DNA from: Candidatus Woesearchaeota archaeon
GTDB taxonomy: Archaea; Nanobdellota; Nanobdellia; SCGC-AAA011-G17; UBA489
Length of the DNA stretch: 64,000 bases
NCBI GenBank assembly: GCA_964367375.1
Contig: CAYIXG010000001.1
Coordinates: 148,254-212,253 of the forward strand
Direction: 5' to 3'
Shown piece by piece: positions 19,302 through 28,672 of the stretch. A program made the translations under genes and the position numbers. Each line of letters starts with the position of its first letter. Position 1 is the first letter of the stretch. Below the pieces are notes generated by a model, which did no database searches, was not told where the DNA came from, and saw nothing but the letters and a program-made list of their open reading frames with translations.

Positions 19302-19763
19302 TTAAAGAGAGAAGTCGTCGAGTTGCCCGTCAACAACGTTTAAGTAATCTGTTGTCTGCATCAAGATGCTTTTGGTTTGGAGTCCTGCGTTGAAGTTAAT
19401 CTTTGCGCTTCGGAGTACGCTTCTGTCAATATACAAGGGAATATGAAAGAGGTTGCCAAAGGGTGGCACGCCCCCGATAACGCATCCTGTTATGTCTTTG
19501 ACTTCTTCCGGTGTTGCAAGGCTCACGCTTTTTGTTTGCAAAATCTTTTTGACTTTGGAAAAATCTATCTTCTTGTCCGCGCTTAACACGCACATGAAAA
19601 AGCGTCCCGAGCTCCGCAGCACCATGGCTTTTGCTCCTTCGGATAAGGGTGTTTTCCTTATACGTGCAGAGTCTGCAGAGGTGGGTGTTGGCTCATGCTC
19701 AAGTGCAGTGTATTGCATATGATGTGTGTCAAGGAGTGCAATGATTTTTTCAAAGGTATGCAT
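19302..19763 (-). CDS. YbaK/ProX aminoacyl-tRNA editing domain protein
   Basis: GAKAMV, ATPEEV..ITG..IGGVPPFG, INFNAG; start uncertain (19763 or 19778). Confidence 0.88.
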   Translation of the reverse strand: MHTFEKIIALLDTHHMQYTALEHEPTPTSADSARIRKTPLSEGAKAMVLRSSGRFFMCVLSADKKIDFSKVKKILQTKSVSLATPEEVKDITGCVIGGVPPFGNLFHIPLYIDRSVLRSAKINFNAGLQTKSILMQTTDYLNVVDGQLDDFSL

Positions 19764-19918
19764 ATAAGGAGTTCTCAATAAATGTCTGCTATTTAAACCA
19801 ATCTTTTTGGGTGCATCGGATCGTTTTCGTAAAAGAAGGGAAATCCTTTTTTAAGGATAATATGCTTCAAAAAAAAGACCATCAGTCTTATATATAAGTA
19901 ATATATAACTAATTATAT

Positions 19919-20146
19919 ATGGATGCGGTGTCAACAATACAATTGAAGAAAGACGTGATAAAGCAACTAAAGAAGGCAAAGGAGTACCAAAGGCAGACCT
20001 ATAATGAGCTGATTGAAAGAATGACAAAAGTATTCATAAAACTTAAGGAAAGGAATCAATATGATGAATTCCTGCATAAAGTCCAGCAAGAAAAAATGAA
20101 AGAGCTCTGGAATAACAAGGAAGATGAGGAGTGGGAGAATGCATAA
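19919..20146 (+). CDS. Putative antitoxin (RHH-like N-terminus, acidic Trp-rich C-terminus)
   Basis: STIQLKKDV...TYNELI N-terminus, ELWNNKEDEEW tail; overlaps the toxin start. Confidence 0.7.
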   Translation: MDAVSTIQLKKDVIKQLKKAKEYQRQTYNELIERMTKVFIKLKERNQYDEFLHKVQQEKMKELWNNKEDEEWENA

Positions 20147-20468
20147 GTGTGGTAATGTGATTCTCACTCAAGTGCAGTTTGTTGACACGTTTGAGGTTAA
20201 AAAGCGGCCTGCAGTGGTATTATTTGAAGAGTATGGAAATATTGTGGTTGCGGGAATAACAAGCAATAGAGAAATGAAAGGAATACCACTCACAAAAAAA
20301 GAAGGAGCGATCAAAGAAAGTGTTATTAAATTAAACTACATTTTTACCATATCTGAAAAAATGGTTGAAAAAAGCTTGTTTTCAGTGTCTGCAGAAAAGA
20401 GGAATAAGATAATAGCAGAGTTGATGAAGAAGTTGACATGCGAAGAAAATAAAAGAGCATCTTTATAA
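20139..20468 (+). CDS. PemK/MazF family toxin
   Basis: G.VIL..V.F.D...KKRPAVV...VAGITS...KESVIK. Confidence 0.85.
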   Translation: MHKCGNVILTQVQFVDTFEVKKRPAVVLFEEYGNIVVAGITSNREMKGIPLTKKEGAIKESVIKLNYIFTISEKMVEKSLFSVSAEKRNKIIAELMKKLTCEENKRASL

Positions 20469-20507
20469 ATATAAAGAATTCAAAAATATCAAAGAAGAGG
20501 TGTGTGC

Positions 20508-21719
20508 ATGCATTTCCTTGGAATGTTTCTGGTAAAAATGATTGCAGGAATTGCTGTTGTTTTGGTAATACTAACTCTTCTTCTTTCCTATGAGTGTGCT
20601 GCATGGAGAAAGAGGGTGAAGAAACACAGGAAGCAGGTAGTTTTCTTTGGAGTTCTTTTCATATTCATCTTTTTCTTTATTGGACATTCAATGAGTAAGG
20701 TGCCGAGTTTTGATTATTTTGTGCAAACAGTAGGGCCGGGAATTGGCCCGCAATTATCAATGGAGAGCGCGGTGAAATTTCTTGTTAATCTTGATAAAAT
20801 AAGAGAAGTAGCAAACATTGCTCGTGATCCTGCAGACGTTCCTGCGCTTTCTGAGTCGCGTGAAGTTGCGTACGTTATTGATGTTGAGGAGGTAATAAAT
20901 GAGGTTGCCCCAGGGGTGATAGTAAGCTCGTGGGTGTACAATGGAAAGGTTCCTGGGCCGTTGTTGCGTGCGAAAGTAGGTGATAAGGTTTCTATTCTCT
21001 TAAAGAATAGTAAGAAGAGCTTGCACACGCATAGCATTGATTTTCATGCAGTAACTGGTCCGGGGGGTGGAGCTGCGGTGCTCCAAGTTCCTCCGGGAGA
21101 AGAAAGATCATTAACATTTAAAGCAGTGAATCCGGGAGTGTATGTGTATCACTGTGCGACGCCAAATGTGGGTGCGCACATGACGCATGGTCTGTATGGA
21201 CTTATTCTCATTGAGCCGGAAGAGGGTTTGCCGATTGCAGATAAGGAATTTTATGTCATGCAGGGTGAGGTCTACACGTCAGGTCATATTGGGAAAAAAG
21301 GACTGCAAATATTTGATGCAAAGAAGTTTTTATCAGGAGACCCGACATATGTCATCTTTAATGGAAGGATAGGAAGTCTTGAAGGGAAAATGAAAGCAAG
21401 GGTTGGTGATAAGGTAAGGATATATGTAGGAAATGGCGGAGTAAATCTTGCAAGCAATTTTCATGTGATTGGGGAAATTTTTGACACGGTGTATCCAGAA
21501 GGTGGAACGCCAGTGCAGCAGAATATTCAAACAACGCTTGTTCCTGCAGGTGGTGCAACCATTGTTGAGTTTACAGTGGATCTTCCAGGAAAGTATATTT
21601 TGGTTGATCACGCATTAGCGCGGTTAGACAAGGGTGCATGGGGAACTCTCGAAGTAGAAGGCGCGTGGGATGATACCTTGTATTTTCCACAACCTTTGAC
21701 ATCTTCATTGAATCATTAA
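20508..21719 (+). CDS. nirK: Copper-containing nitrite reductase (AniA/NirK-like) with N-terminal TM helices
   Basis: HSIDFHAVTGPGGG, YVYHCA, SNFHVIGEIFD, ILVDHAL; T1Cu axial Met replaced by Leu; start uncertain. Confidence 0.9.
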   Translation: MHFLGMFLVKMIAGIAVVLVILTLLLSYECAAWRKRVKKHRKQVVFFGVLFIFIFFFIGHSMSKVPSFDYFVQTVGPGIGPQLSMESAVKFLVNLDKIREVANIARDPADVPALSESREVAYVIDVEEVINEVAPGVIVSSWVYNGKVPGPLLRAKVGDKVSILLKNSKKSLHTHSIDFHAVTGPGGGAAVLQVPPGEERSLTFKAVNPGVYVYHCATPNVGAHMTHGLYGLILIEPEEGLPIADKEFYVMQGEVYTSGHIGKKGLQIFDAKKFLSGDPTYVIFNGRIGSLEGKMKARVGDKVRIYVGNGGVNLASNFHVIGEIFDTVYPEGGTPVQQNIQTTLVPAGGATIVEFTVDLPGKYILVDHALARLDKGAWGTLEVEGAWDDTLYFPQPLTSSLNH

Positions 21720-21734
21720 GAATAGAGAAGTTCT

Positions 21735-22121
21735 TTACTTTTTTCCATCTGTTATTTTTGTAACTTCTTTCCATAAAAAGTATGATGCAAACATTACTGC
21801 AAGGAAGATGAGAGGAAAGATAATGGCAATGGGAGCTCCTTTGATGAAATAAAAGGAGGCTGAAGCGCTTACATAGTCAATGAAGAAGCCAGCATACGCC
21901 CATTCTTTTATCGTTCGAAATTTTGTCTGAATGATGGAAATGGAGCCAAGGATCTTTGCAATGCCTAAAATGATGAGAAAATATGTAGGATAGCCTAATT
22001 GTCGCATAACCTCTAAGCCTTTCTCATTCGGGAAAAATTCAGAAATTCCTGATGCGAAATTGGCAAGACAGAAAAGAATGGTGACAATCCAATAGATGAT
22101 CTTTGTCGTTTGTGGCTTCAT
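21735..22121 (-). CDS. DoxX-like membrane protein
   Basis: KIIYWIVT...LGYPTYFLIILGIAKILG...KEWAYAGF; start reassigned to ATG 22121. Confidence 0.85.
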   Translation of the reverse strand: MKPQTTKIIYWIVTILFCLANFASGISEFFPNEKGLEVMRQLGYPTYFLIILGIAKILGSISIIQTKFRTIKEWAYAGFFIDYVSASASFYFIKGAPIAIIFPLIFLAVMFASYFLWKEVTKITDGKK

Positions 22122-22161
22122 GATGGTATTTTCCTTTTTTACAAATGAATGGGAAGCTGTG

Positions 22162-23475
22162 TTAAGGAACGACTCGTTCTGGGTCTCTGGGAAATAAGCA
22201 GCATTCTTTGATGTTGGGCATGTGTAATACTGCTTGGGTAATCCGTTCAATGCCGACTGCATATCCTCCCATTGGAGGCGCTCCATATTTGAAGTGGTCA
22301 ATAAACCACTGCAGCTTTTCTGGATTGAGTCCTTTCTGTTTGATTTGTGCAACAAGAGTCTCATAGCGGTGTTCTCTCTGTCCTCCGGAGCTGAGTTCGA
22401 GCTCGCGGAAATTCAAGTCAACGCTTCGTGCAAATTGCGGGTTTTTGTTGTCATACATGACATAAAAGGGTTTGATGGCGCTGGGAAATTTGTTGATAAA
22501 ATAGAAGTCTGATTGGTATTTCTTTTTCACGTAATCTGCAAGGAGCTTCATGGCATCGTTGTCTAAATCTTCGTCCTGCTTGATCTTTTTGCCAAGTTCT
22601 TTCAGAATGTCCCACACATGAGGAAATTCAAGCACAGGAAAGGGTGTTTTGGGAATCACTGGAGTGATCTTGAGTGTGGCAAAGTCAGCTGCGCTTTCTG
22701 TGGCTGCATGCGTGATGCTTGCAGCGATCATTTCTTCTTCCACTTTCATCACATCATATTCATCATTGATGAATGCCATTTCTGGTGCGATGGCTCGGTG
22801 TTCGCAGAGGTGTCTGGTAGTATGACTTTTCTCTGCTCTCCAGTTTGGTCCGAGGTCATACAGTTTCTCAATGCCTCCGAGGATGGCAAGTTCCCGATGC
22901 AGCTGAGGGTCTTGGCGGAGAAATGCGGGTTTTCCATAGTAGTCAATAGTGAACACGTCTGCTCCGGATTCTGAGGGCACTCCCATGATGCAGGGCGTGA
23001 ATACTTTCAAGAATCCTTTTTTTAAGAGATATGCTTCCATGCCTTCAACGAGGCGTGCTTGGATTTTGAAAACTGCAAGAACCTCTGGCTTGCGTAAATC
23101 AATACATCGATGATCAAAGCGTGTAGACAAATCTGTCTGAATAGTCTTGTCTTTTTCAAAGACTTGAATGGGAAGTTTTGCTGCTTTTGTTTCGACAGAA
23201 AACGTTTTCACAATAACTTCATATCCTTGGCGTGCTTCCTTGTTTTTGTGCACAACTCCCTGCACAGAAATCACGCTTTCCAAGGGAATCTTCCCAAAGG
23301 AATCAAAAGTGTTTCCAAGCTCTGGTTTTGCAACGAGTTGGGTAATTCCTGTCCAGTCTCTTAAGAGGATGAACTTGACTTTGCTGAGATCTCGAACTTC
23401 ATGAGCCCATCCTTGAAGAAATACTTCTTTTTCGTGAAGCGCTGGAGAAAGGTCTTTGATGGGGGTGCGGTGCAT
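22162..23475 (-). CDS. aspS: Aspartate--tRNA ligase (archaeal type)
   Basis: GWAHEVRD OB fold, SESGADVF, QDPQL, RAEKSHTTRHL, ELSSGGQREH, YGAPPMGG...FPRD. Confidence 0.95.
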   Translation of the reverse strand: MHRTPIKDLSPALHEKEVFLQGWAHEVRDLSKVKFILLRDWTGITQLVAKPELGNTFDSFGKIPLESVISVQGVVHKNKEARQGYEVIVKTFSVETKAAKLPIQVFEKDKTIQTDLSTRFDHRCIDLRKPEVLAVFKIQARLVEGMEAYLLKKGFLKVFTPCIMGVPSESGADVFTIDYYGKPAFLRQDPQLHRELAILGGIEKLYDLGPNWRAEKSHTTRHLCEHRAIAPEMAFINDEYDVMKVEEEMIAASITHAATESAADFATLKITPVIPKTPFPVLEFPHVWDILKELGKKIKQDEDLDNDAMKLLADYVKKKYQSDFYFINKFPSAIKPFYVMYDNKNPQFARSVDLNFRELELSSGGQREHRYETLVAQIKQKGLNPEKLQWFIDHFKYGAPPMGGYAVGIERITQAVLHMPNIKECCLFPRDPERVVP

Positions 23476-23542
23476 AATTGCTGTACTTTCGCTGTCATAT
23501 ATAAAAGTATCTCAGGAGATGAGAAAAAAGTGATTGAACTGT

Positions 23543-23710
23543 TTAATCACGCATATTTCCTTTCTGTTGCAGAAGGAGCATGACGAGAAATCCAAGGCCA
23601 ATACCAATAAAGATTCCTTCAACGACCTTGTCAAAGAGCATGCCTATGCCCATACCAAGAAACATGAATGCAGCATATATAATCCAGGAAGAAAATGGGC
23701 TCTTTTTCAT
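23543..23710 (-). CDS. Small two-TM Gly-rich membrane protein (55 aa), not in ORF track
   Basis: MKKSPFSSWIIYAAFMFLGMGIGMLFDKVVEGIFIGIGLGFLVMLLLQQKGNMRD; TTTAAATA box upstream on the minus strand. Confidence 0.65.
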   Translation of the reverse strand: MKKSPFSSWIIYAAFMFLGMGIGMLFDKVVEGIFIGIGLGFLVMLLLQQKGNMRD

Positions 23711-23800
23711 AATAAAAAAAAGAGGTAAGTCTATTTAAATTTTTTCTTTTTTTAATAGAAAAGAGAAACCTTTTTAATTTCCATTGCCTTCCAAAAGAGG

Positions 23801-24061
23801 ATGAGATTTGAAAAAAAGGCATGGCCAAAGTTCTTTCAAAAAGTGCTTGACGGAGAGAAGACCTGTGATGTGCGTCTTGCAGACGTTGCATGCAAGCCAG
23901 GAGACATTCTTGTGTTAAAGGAGTGGGATCCTGAAAAGGAAAAGTACACAGGAAGAGTTGTGGAAAAGAAAATAACATATGTGATGAAGACGAAAGAGAT
24001 GCAGTTTTGGTCTGAGGAAGAAATCGAGAAGCACGGGTTGCAGATTATTTCGTTTAAGTAA
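23801..24061 (+). CDS. DUF3850/ASCH (PUA-like) domain protein
   Basis: KKAWPKFFQKVLDGEKTCDVR...GDILVLKEWD...YTGR. Confidence 0.82.
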   Translation: MRFEKKAWPKFFQKVLDGEKTCDVRLADVACKPGDILVLKEWDPEKEKYTGRVVEKKITYVMKTKEMQFWSEEEIEKHGLQIISFK

Positions 24062-25472
24062 GTTTTTCTTTGATGAATTCCATCACTTTTTTGCCTTCTA
24101 TTTTTCCCTTGTACTTGTTCATGACCATTCCCATGAGTGCATTGGGAGTAATATTTGCATTTTGAGAGATGAGTGTGTCAATGTCTTTTTCTATTTTTTC
24201 GAGAGATACAGGTTTGTACATATCAATATGAACTATTTTTCCTTGTGCGAGTTCTGCAAGGATGTCAAGTGCAGCTTCTTTGGTGATTGTTTTGTTGTGG
24301 ATATGTTCAATGACAAAAGTGAAGTCTTTCTCGCGCAGTTTTTCTGGATCGATTTTAAATCTCGTTTTAAGTTCTTTCGGTGTTTCGATGAGGATGTGTG
24401 CGATGAGCGATGGTTCTAATGGAAATGCTCTGGCGCAGTGTTCAAAGAGGTTCAGTTTCTCGCTCTCAAGGAGTTCTCGTGCAAGTTGGCTTGGTAATTT
24501 ATACCTCTGTTCAAGCGAGACTGTTTTTTCAGTGAGGAGCTCGGGAATAGTAAGAGATGTATATAATTGGTGAACTGAAAACGCGTGATGGTCTGTTTCA
24601 ACATACATGCGCGAAGATCCAGGCATGGGTCGTAAGAAAGTGGTGCTGCCGTCTGGTTGTGCTTGTCGTACTTCACTCTTTCCTTGAGAAAGGAGTTGTT
24701 GCTGTCTGTCAATTTCCAGTTCGATGATTTTGGGAATCATGCGCAGTTCTTGCACGCCCTTGATTTCTACTCGTGGATGTCTGGTGATGCTCACATTGAG
24801 GTCTTGTCTAATGGTTCCAATGCCTGATTTGAATCTGCCGGTGCTTTTCAGGATCATTCCTAAATATTCAGCTACTTCCTTTGCATGTTCGGGGCTTTTC
24901 ATGTCTGGCGCGGTTGCAATTTCGATAAGAGGTATGCCGAGTCGATCAAGACGGAAAACAACATGCTCTTTTTCTGTTGTCATTCTTCGTGCAGAGTCTT
25001 CTTCGATGCACACACTGTCAATGCCTACTTTTCCTGAAGGAGTCTGTACATATCCGTGAACTCCTATAAGAGCTGTTCTCTGGAAGCCGGAGGTGTTGCT
25101 GTAGTCAATGACTTGTTTGCGCATCACCTGGATTTCATCGACAACATGCATGTGCAGGAGCTTGCACACTTGGAGGACAATGGCAAGTGCATCCTGGTTT
25201 ATTGGATGAATGGGTTCTTCATCAAGCTCAACCAGGCAGGTGGTGTCTTCATATCCTTGGTAGAGCGCGTGTCTCTTTTTTCCGAGTTCAAATTTGGCAA
25301 CTGTATCATGCTCTCCCATCTCGCTTGCAACAGACCGGAGTTCTCGTTTCGTGATGGTGTCAGGTTGTCTTTCTTGGAGTTCTGAAGCGCAATGACAAAA
25401 AAGTTTATGGCTTTCAATTTGTCTATGAATTTCTAATCCTATTTTCAATCCGAGTTGCGCATAGTCAACCAT
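24054..25472 (-). CDS. gatE: Glu-tRNA(Gln) amidotransferase subunit E (short form)
   Basis: GLKIGLEIH, MRKQVIDYSNTSGFQRT, EEDSAR, RLDRLGIPLIEI, GIGTIRQDLNVS, RPMPGSSRMY. Confidence 0.95.
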   Translation of the reverse strand: MVDYAQLGLKIGLEIHRQIESHKLFCHCASELQERQPDTITKRELRSVASEMGEHDTVAKFELGKKRHALYQGYEDTTCLVELDEEPIHPINQDALAIVLQVCKLLHMHVVDEIQVMRKQVIDYSNTSGFQRTALIGVHGYVQTPSGKVGIDSVCIEEDSARRMTTEKEHVVFRLDRLGIPLIEIATAPDMKSPEHAKEVAEYLGMILKSTGRFKSGIGTIRQDLNVSITRHPRVEIKGVQELRMIPKIIELEIDRQQQLLSQGKSEVRQAQPDGSTTFLRPMPGSSRMYVETDHHAFSVHQLYTSLTIPELLTEKTVSLEQRYKLPSQLARELLESEKLNLFEHCARAFPLEPSLIAHILIETPKELKTRFKIDPEKLREKDFTFVIEHIHNKTITKEAALDILAELAQGKIVHIDMYKPVSLEKIEKDIDTLISQNANITPNALMGMVMNKYKGKIEGKKVMEFIKEKLT

Positions 25473-25515
25473 AGAGAAGAAAAGAAATTGCTCCTATTTA
25501 TAGGTTTGGATGGCA

Positions 25516-25752
25516 TTATCGTTCCCACACGACTTTTCCGTTTTTTTTGACTTGACGAATACGATGGAGAGGGATATGGACTTTTGTGTCGCCTCGTTTG
25601 ATGACAATAAAATTGCCTATTCTTCCAATTTTGGTGAAGGATATTTCAAAAGTTTTTTCTGCGATTCTGTCAAAGTAGAGGAGAGTGTACTCTTCTGGTT
25701 TTAATTGTTTGTCCCAGCGGATCCTGTTAAGAAGATCGCCAATATAAGTCAT
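25516..25752 (-). CDS. DUF504 / MJ1316-like RNA-end recognition domain protein
   Basis: LLNRIRWD...Y.DR...IPLHRIR..KKNG.VVWER; ATG 25752 overlaps the gatD stop. Confidence 0.85.
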   Translation of the reverse strand: MTYIGDLLNRIRWDKQLKPEEYTLLYFDRIAEKTFEISFTKIGRIGNFIVIKRGDTKVHIPLHRIRQVKKNGKVVWER

Positions 25753-27077
25753 GGGGTAAAAGTGGAGAGTGTGCTTCTTTTGCTCAGTTCGCCGCGAAGG
25801 TTTTCTGCCATGATATAAGGAATATCCTTCTTTGGATAATTGCTCAATGCCCATGCGAGCTTAATAAACGTTGTTTCAGGGAGCATGTCTGAATAGTCTC
25901 CCAAGATGCCAAGGGCCTTGATTTTCCTTCCTGTTTCATAGACATTCATATTGACTCGCCCATACAGCGGTTGGGGTGCAATAACAACAGGAATTTTTAC
26001 TGCAAGTTTCTTCATGAATGTGTAAATGGTTGCGTGCTCTTTCGTTTCCTTATCTATCTGATTAATAGGAAAATTGCAAAGTCCCAGTCCTTCAATAACA
26101 AGTCCATGAAACTTTTCATACAGTTTGAATTCTTGTACAGACATGTGGGGATGCGCCTTGAGGATGCCAATATGAAGTTTTTCGTTGAATGGTTTCACTA
26201 CCAGTTTCCGGGAAGCATCCTTTTTCTTATATTCATGGTGGAGGATGTCTATTGCTCCTTCTTTGGTGACGCGGGCAAAGGGTTTTCCGTTGATGACTTT
26301 GAAGGCGTCTCTGCGTGAGGTATGCATTTTGCGTGTTTTGCATGCAGGAAGAATGATGCAGGAATCATCTGCGCTTGTTTCGTGCATGCAGATCCCAACT
26401 TCCCCAAAATCGCTGTGTGCAATGAACTGGGCAGCGCAAATGAGATTGAGGAAGGCATCACTACTTCCGCGGTCGCTGCTGCGTTGTGCAGCAACTAAGA
26501 TAACTGGTATAGGTACGTGTTCAAGTGCAAAGCTGAGTGCTGCTGCGGTGTATGCTAAAGTATCAGTGCCGTGGGTGATGATAATCCCATCAACGCCATG
26601 CGCTATCTCTTTCTTAATTTCATGTGCAATGATATTGTAATGGCTAAATCGCATGTCTTCAGACCACATATTTCTGACAAGGCGTGATCGGATGGATGCA
26701 ACGTGCGTGAGCTCAGGAAACATGGCTATCATGTCTTCAGGAGTGAATTTCGGGATCGTGCCTCCTGTTTCGTAATCGACTTCAGAAGCGATAGTGCCTC
26801 CGGTGTGGAGGATTGAGATAACAGGAAGTCCTTGCTTTTTCTGTGATACTTTTTGAAGGGGAATGCGTTGCGTTGTCTCGCATGCTTTTGCGCTTTTTGT
26901 AAAGTGTTTCGCAACAGTGATCTTTTTGATATTCTTTTGTGTAATGCCTATATTGTACCCGCTCTGCAGTTTGAGAACAAGGGTGTGGGGAGTGCTGCTC
27001 GGCATCACCATGCCTGTATATTCAATGTTGTCTGTGGTAAGAATAGTGACAGTGTCGCAGGCGTTGTGGCGAGGCAT
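25749..27077 (-). CDS. gatD: Glu-tRNA(Gln) amidotransferase subunit D
   Basis: LKLQSGYNIG, HTGGTIAS, HGTDT, QRSSDRGSSD, RKMHTSRRDAF. Confidence 0.96.
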   Translation of the reverse strand: MPRHNACDTVTILTTDNIEYTGMVMPSSTPHTLVLKLQSGYNIGITQKNIKKITVAKHFTKSAKACETTQRIPLQKVSQKKQGLPVISILHTGGTIASEVDYETGGTIPKFTPEDMIAMFPELTHVASIRSRLVRNMWSEDMRFSHYNIIAHEIKKEIAHGVDGIIITHGTDTLAYTAAALSFALEHVPIPVILVAAQRSSDRGSSDAFLNLICAAQFIAHSDFGEVGICMHETSADDSCIILPACKTRKMHTSRRDAFKVINGKPFARVTKEGAIDILHHEYKKKDASRKLVVKPFNEKLHIGILKAHPHMSVQEFKLYEKFHGLVIEGLGLCNFPINQIDKETKEHATIYTFMKKLAVKIPVVIAPQPLYGRVNMNVYETGRKIKALGILGDYSDMLPETTFIKLAWALSNYPKKDIPYIMAENLRGELSKRSTLSTFTP

Positions 27078-27524
27078 AGGGAAAAAAGAGACATGAAATA
27101 TAAAAAGCTATGGTTAGAAATGAAAAGAGCGTCATGCATGACGAAAAAGAGGGAAAGAAGTGTGCAAAAAGGAGAGGAAAAAGAAGTGAAAGAGTAAATG
27201 TAGTAACTATAATATCTATATTGGAAGAAAAAAATATTTATATATATGGAGTGAGTAAAAAAAGAATTAGAGCTTTAGTTTGTTCAAAGTAATCAAAGTA
27301 AAAGAAAATGTTTCATTTCAATTGGCGTTGAAATGAAGTGAGCTTTTACTCGTAATCGGATCGTAGTTAGACGTTTGTTCTCAAAGTTTAAATCATGAAT
27401 CATTAAACTTGGTAGTGCCTAACTTCTTTAAAAAAGTATAAACACAAGCTACAATATAAGTATTGTGGTCTTGGAGAATATACAACATGCAAAATCAAAA
27501 ACAGACCAGGGGGGGAAAAGAACA

Positions 27525-28622
27525 ATGGAAAGCTTGTTGAATAATGCATTGCAAACACAAAAACAATTTAATCAGAATATGATGGATAGGCCTGCAGAGG
27601 CAAACATCATTGTTGTCGGATGCGGAGGCGGCGGAAACAATATGGTTTCATGGCTGCACAAGAAAGGCATCCAGGGAGCAAAGGTATTCGCGCTCAACAC
27701 AGATCAGCAGCACTTGAATATTAGTGAGGCTGATGTCAAGCTCTTAATTGGTCGTGAGCTGACTCGTGGTCTTGGCTGTGGAGGATTTCCAGACAAGGGA
27801 CGAGAGGCAGCAAAGGAGAGCTTGCACGAATTAAAGAACATGATGAAGGATGCAGACATGGTCTTTGTCTGCGCCGGCCTTGGTGGAGGAACTGGTACTG
27901 GTTCTGCTCCAGAAGTGGCGCGCATTGCACGTGAAGTAGGAGCGATTGTGATTGGAACAGTCACGATGCCCTTTGATATTGAGCGTGCGCGTGTCGATAA
28001 GGCTGAATTTGGCTTGCAGCAACTGCGAGATGTCTGTGATACAGTAATTGTGATTGATAACAACAGACTGGTCAGCATTGCAGGAAACTTGCCTATTCAA
28101 CAAGCATTTGCCGTGGCAAACGAGCTTGTAAGCACCATGATTAAGGGTATTGTGGAAACGATTGCTATTCCTTCCTTAGTCAACCTGGACTACGCAGACG
28201 TTCGCGCCATCATGGCAAACGGTGACGTGTCTGTCATTGGCATTGGCGAGTCTGATACTGAATCTCGAGTGGAAGAGGCAACGCGAAGAGCCTTGACAAA
28301 TCCCCTCCTCGATGTGAGTTATGAAGGTGCGACAGGAGCACTCATTCACATTAGTGGCGGCGATGATCTGACGCTTGAAGAGGTCAATAGGGTCGGTGAA
28401 ATTATTACCGAGTCGCTCGAAGCAGATGCAAATGTCATCTGGGGAGCACGTATTGATCCGAAGATGGCTGGTCGTTTACGAGTGATGACTATTGTGACTG
28501 GTGTCAATTCCCCATACATCTTGGGAAGAAACACCAAGCAGAAGAAGGAATCTGACGTGGCCATGCAAATCGGAGAGGACCTCGGCATCGACATGGTTGG
28601 CTTTACCTCGAAAAAGAGGTAA
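27525..28622 (+). CDS. ftsZ: Cell division protein FtsZ
   Basis: GCGGGGNN, GLGGGTGTG tubulin signature, NLDYADV; ATG 27525 follows a G-rich RBS-like tract. Confidence 0.97.
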   Translation: MESLLNNALQTQKQFNQNMMDRPAEANIIVVGCGGGGNNMVSWLHKKGIQGAKVFALNTDQQHLNISEADVKLLIGRELTRGLGCGGFPDKGREAAKESLHELKNMMKDADMVFVCAGLGGGTGTGSAPEVARIAREVGAIVIGTVTMPFDIERARVDKAEFGLQQLRDVCDTVIVIDNNRLVSIAGNLPIQQAFAVANELVSTMIKGIVETIAIPSLVNLDYADVRAIMANGDVSVIGIGESDTESRVEEATRRALTNPLLDVSYEGATGALIHISGGDDLTLEEVNRVGEIITESLEADANVIWGARIDPKMAGRLRVMTIVTGVNSPYILGRNTKQKKESDVAMQIGEDLGIDMVGFTSKKR

Positions 28623-28672
28623 GGCATTTCCTACTCAAGGGCAAAACCCCCAAAACCAATTAGCCCTTGCTT

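Noticed and set aside
21735..22364. 209-aa version of the DoxX ORF and extended starts of 11357-12502, 25516-25854, 61164-62471
   Set aside because: The N-terminal extensions overlap neighbouring genes. Family homology begins at downstream ATGs, so the starts were reassigned.
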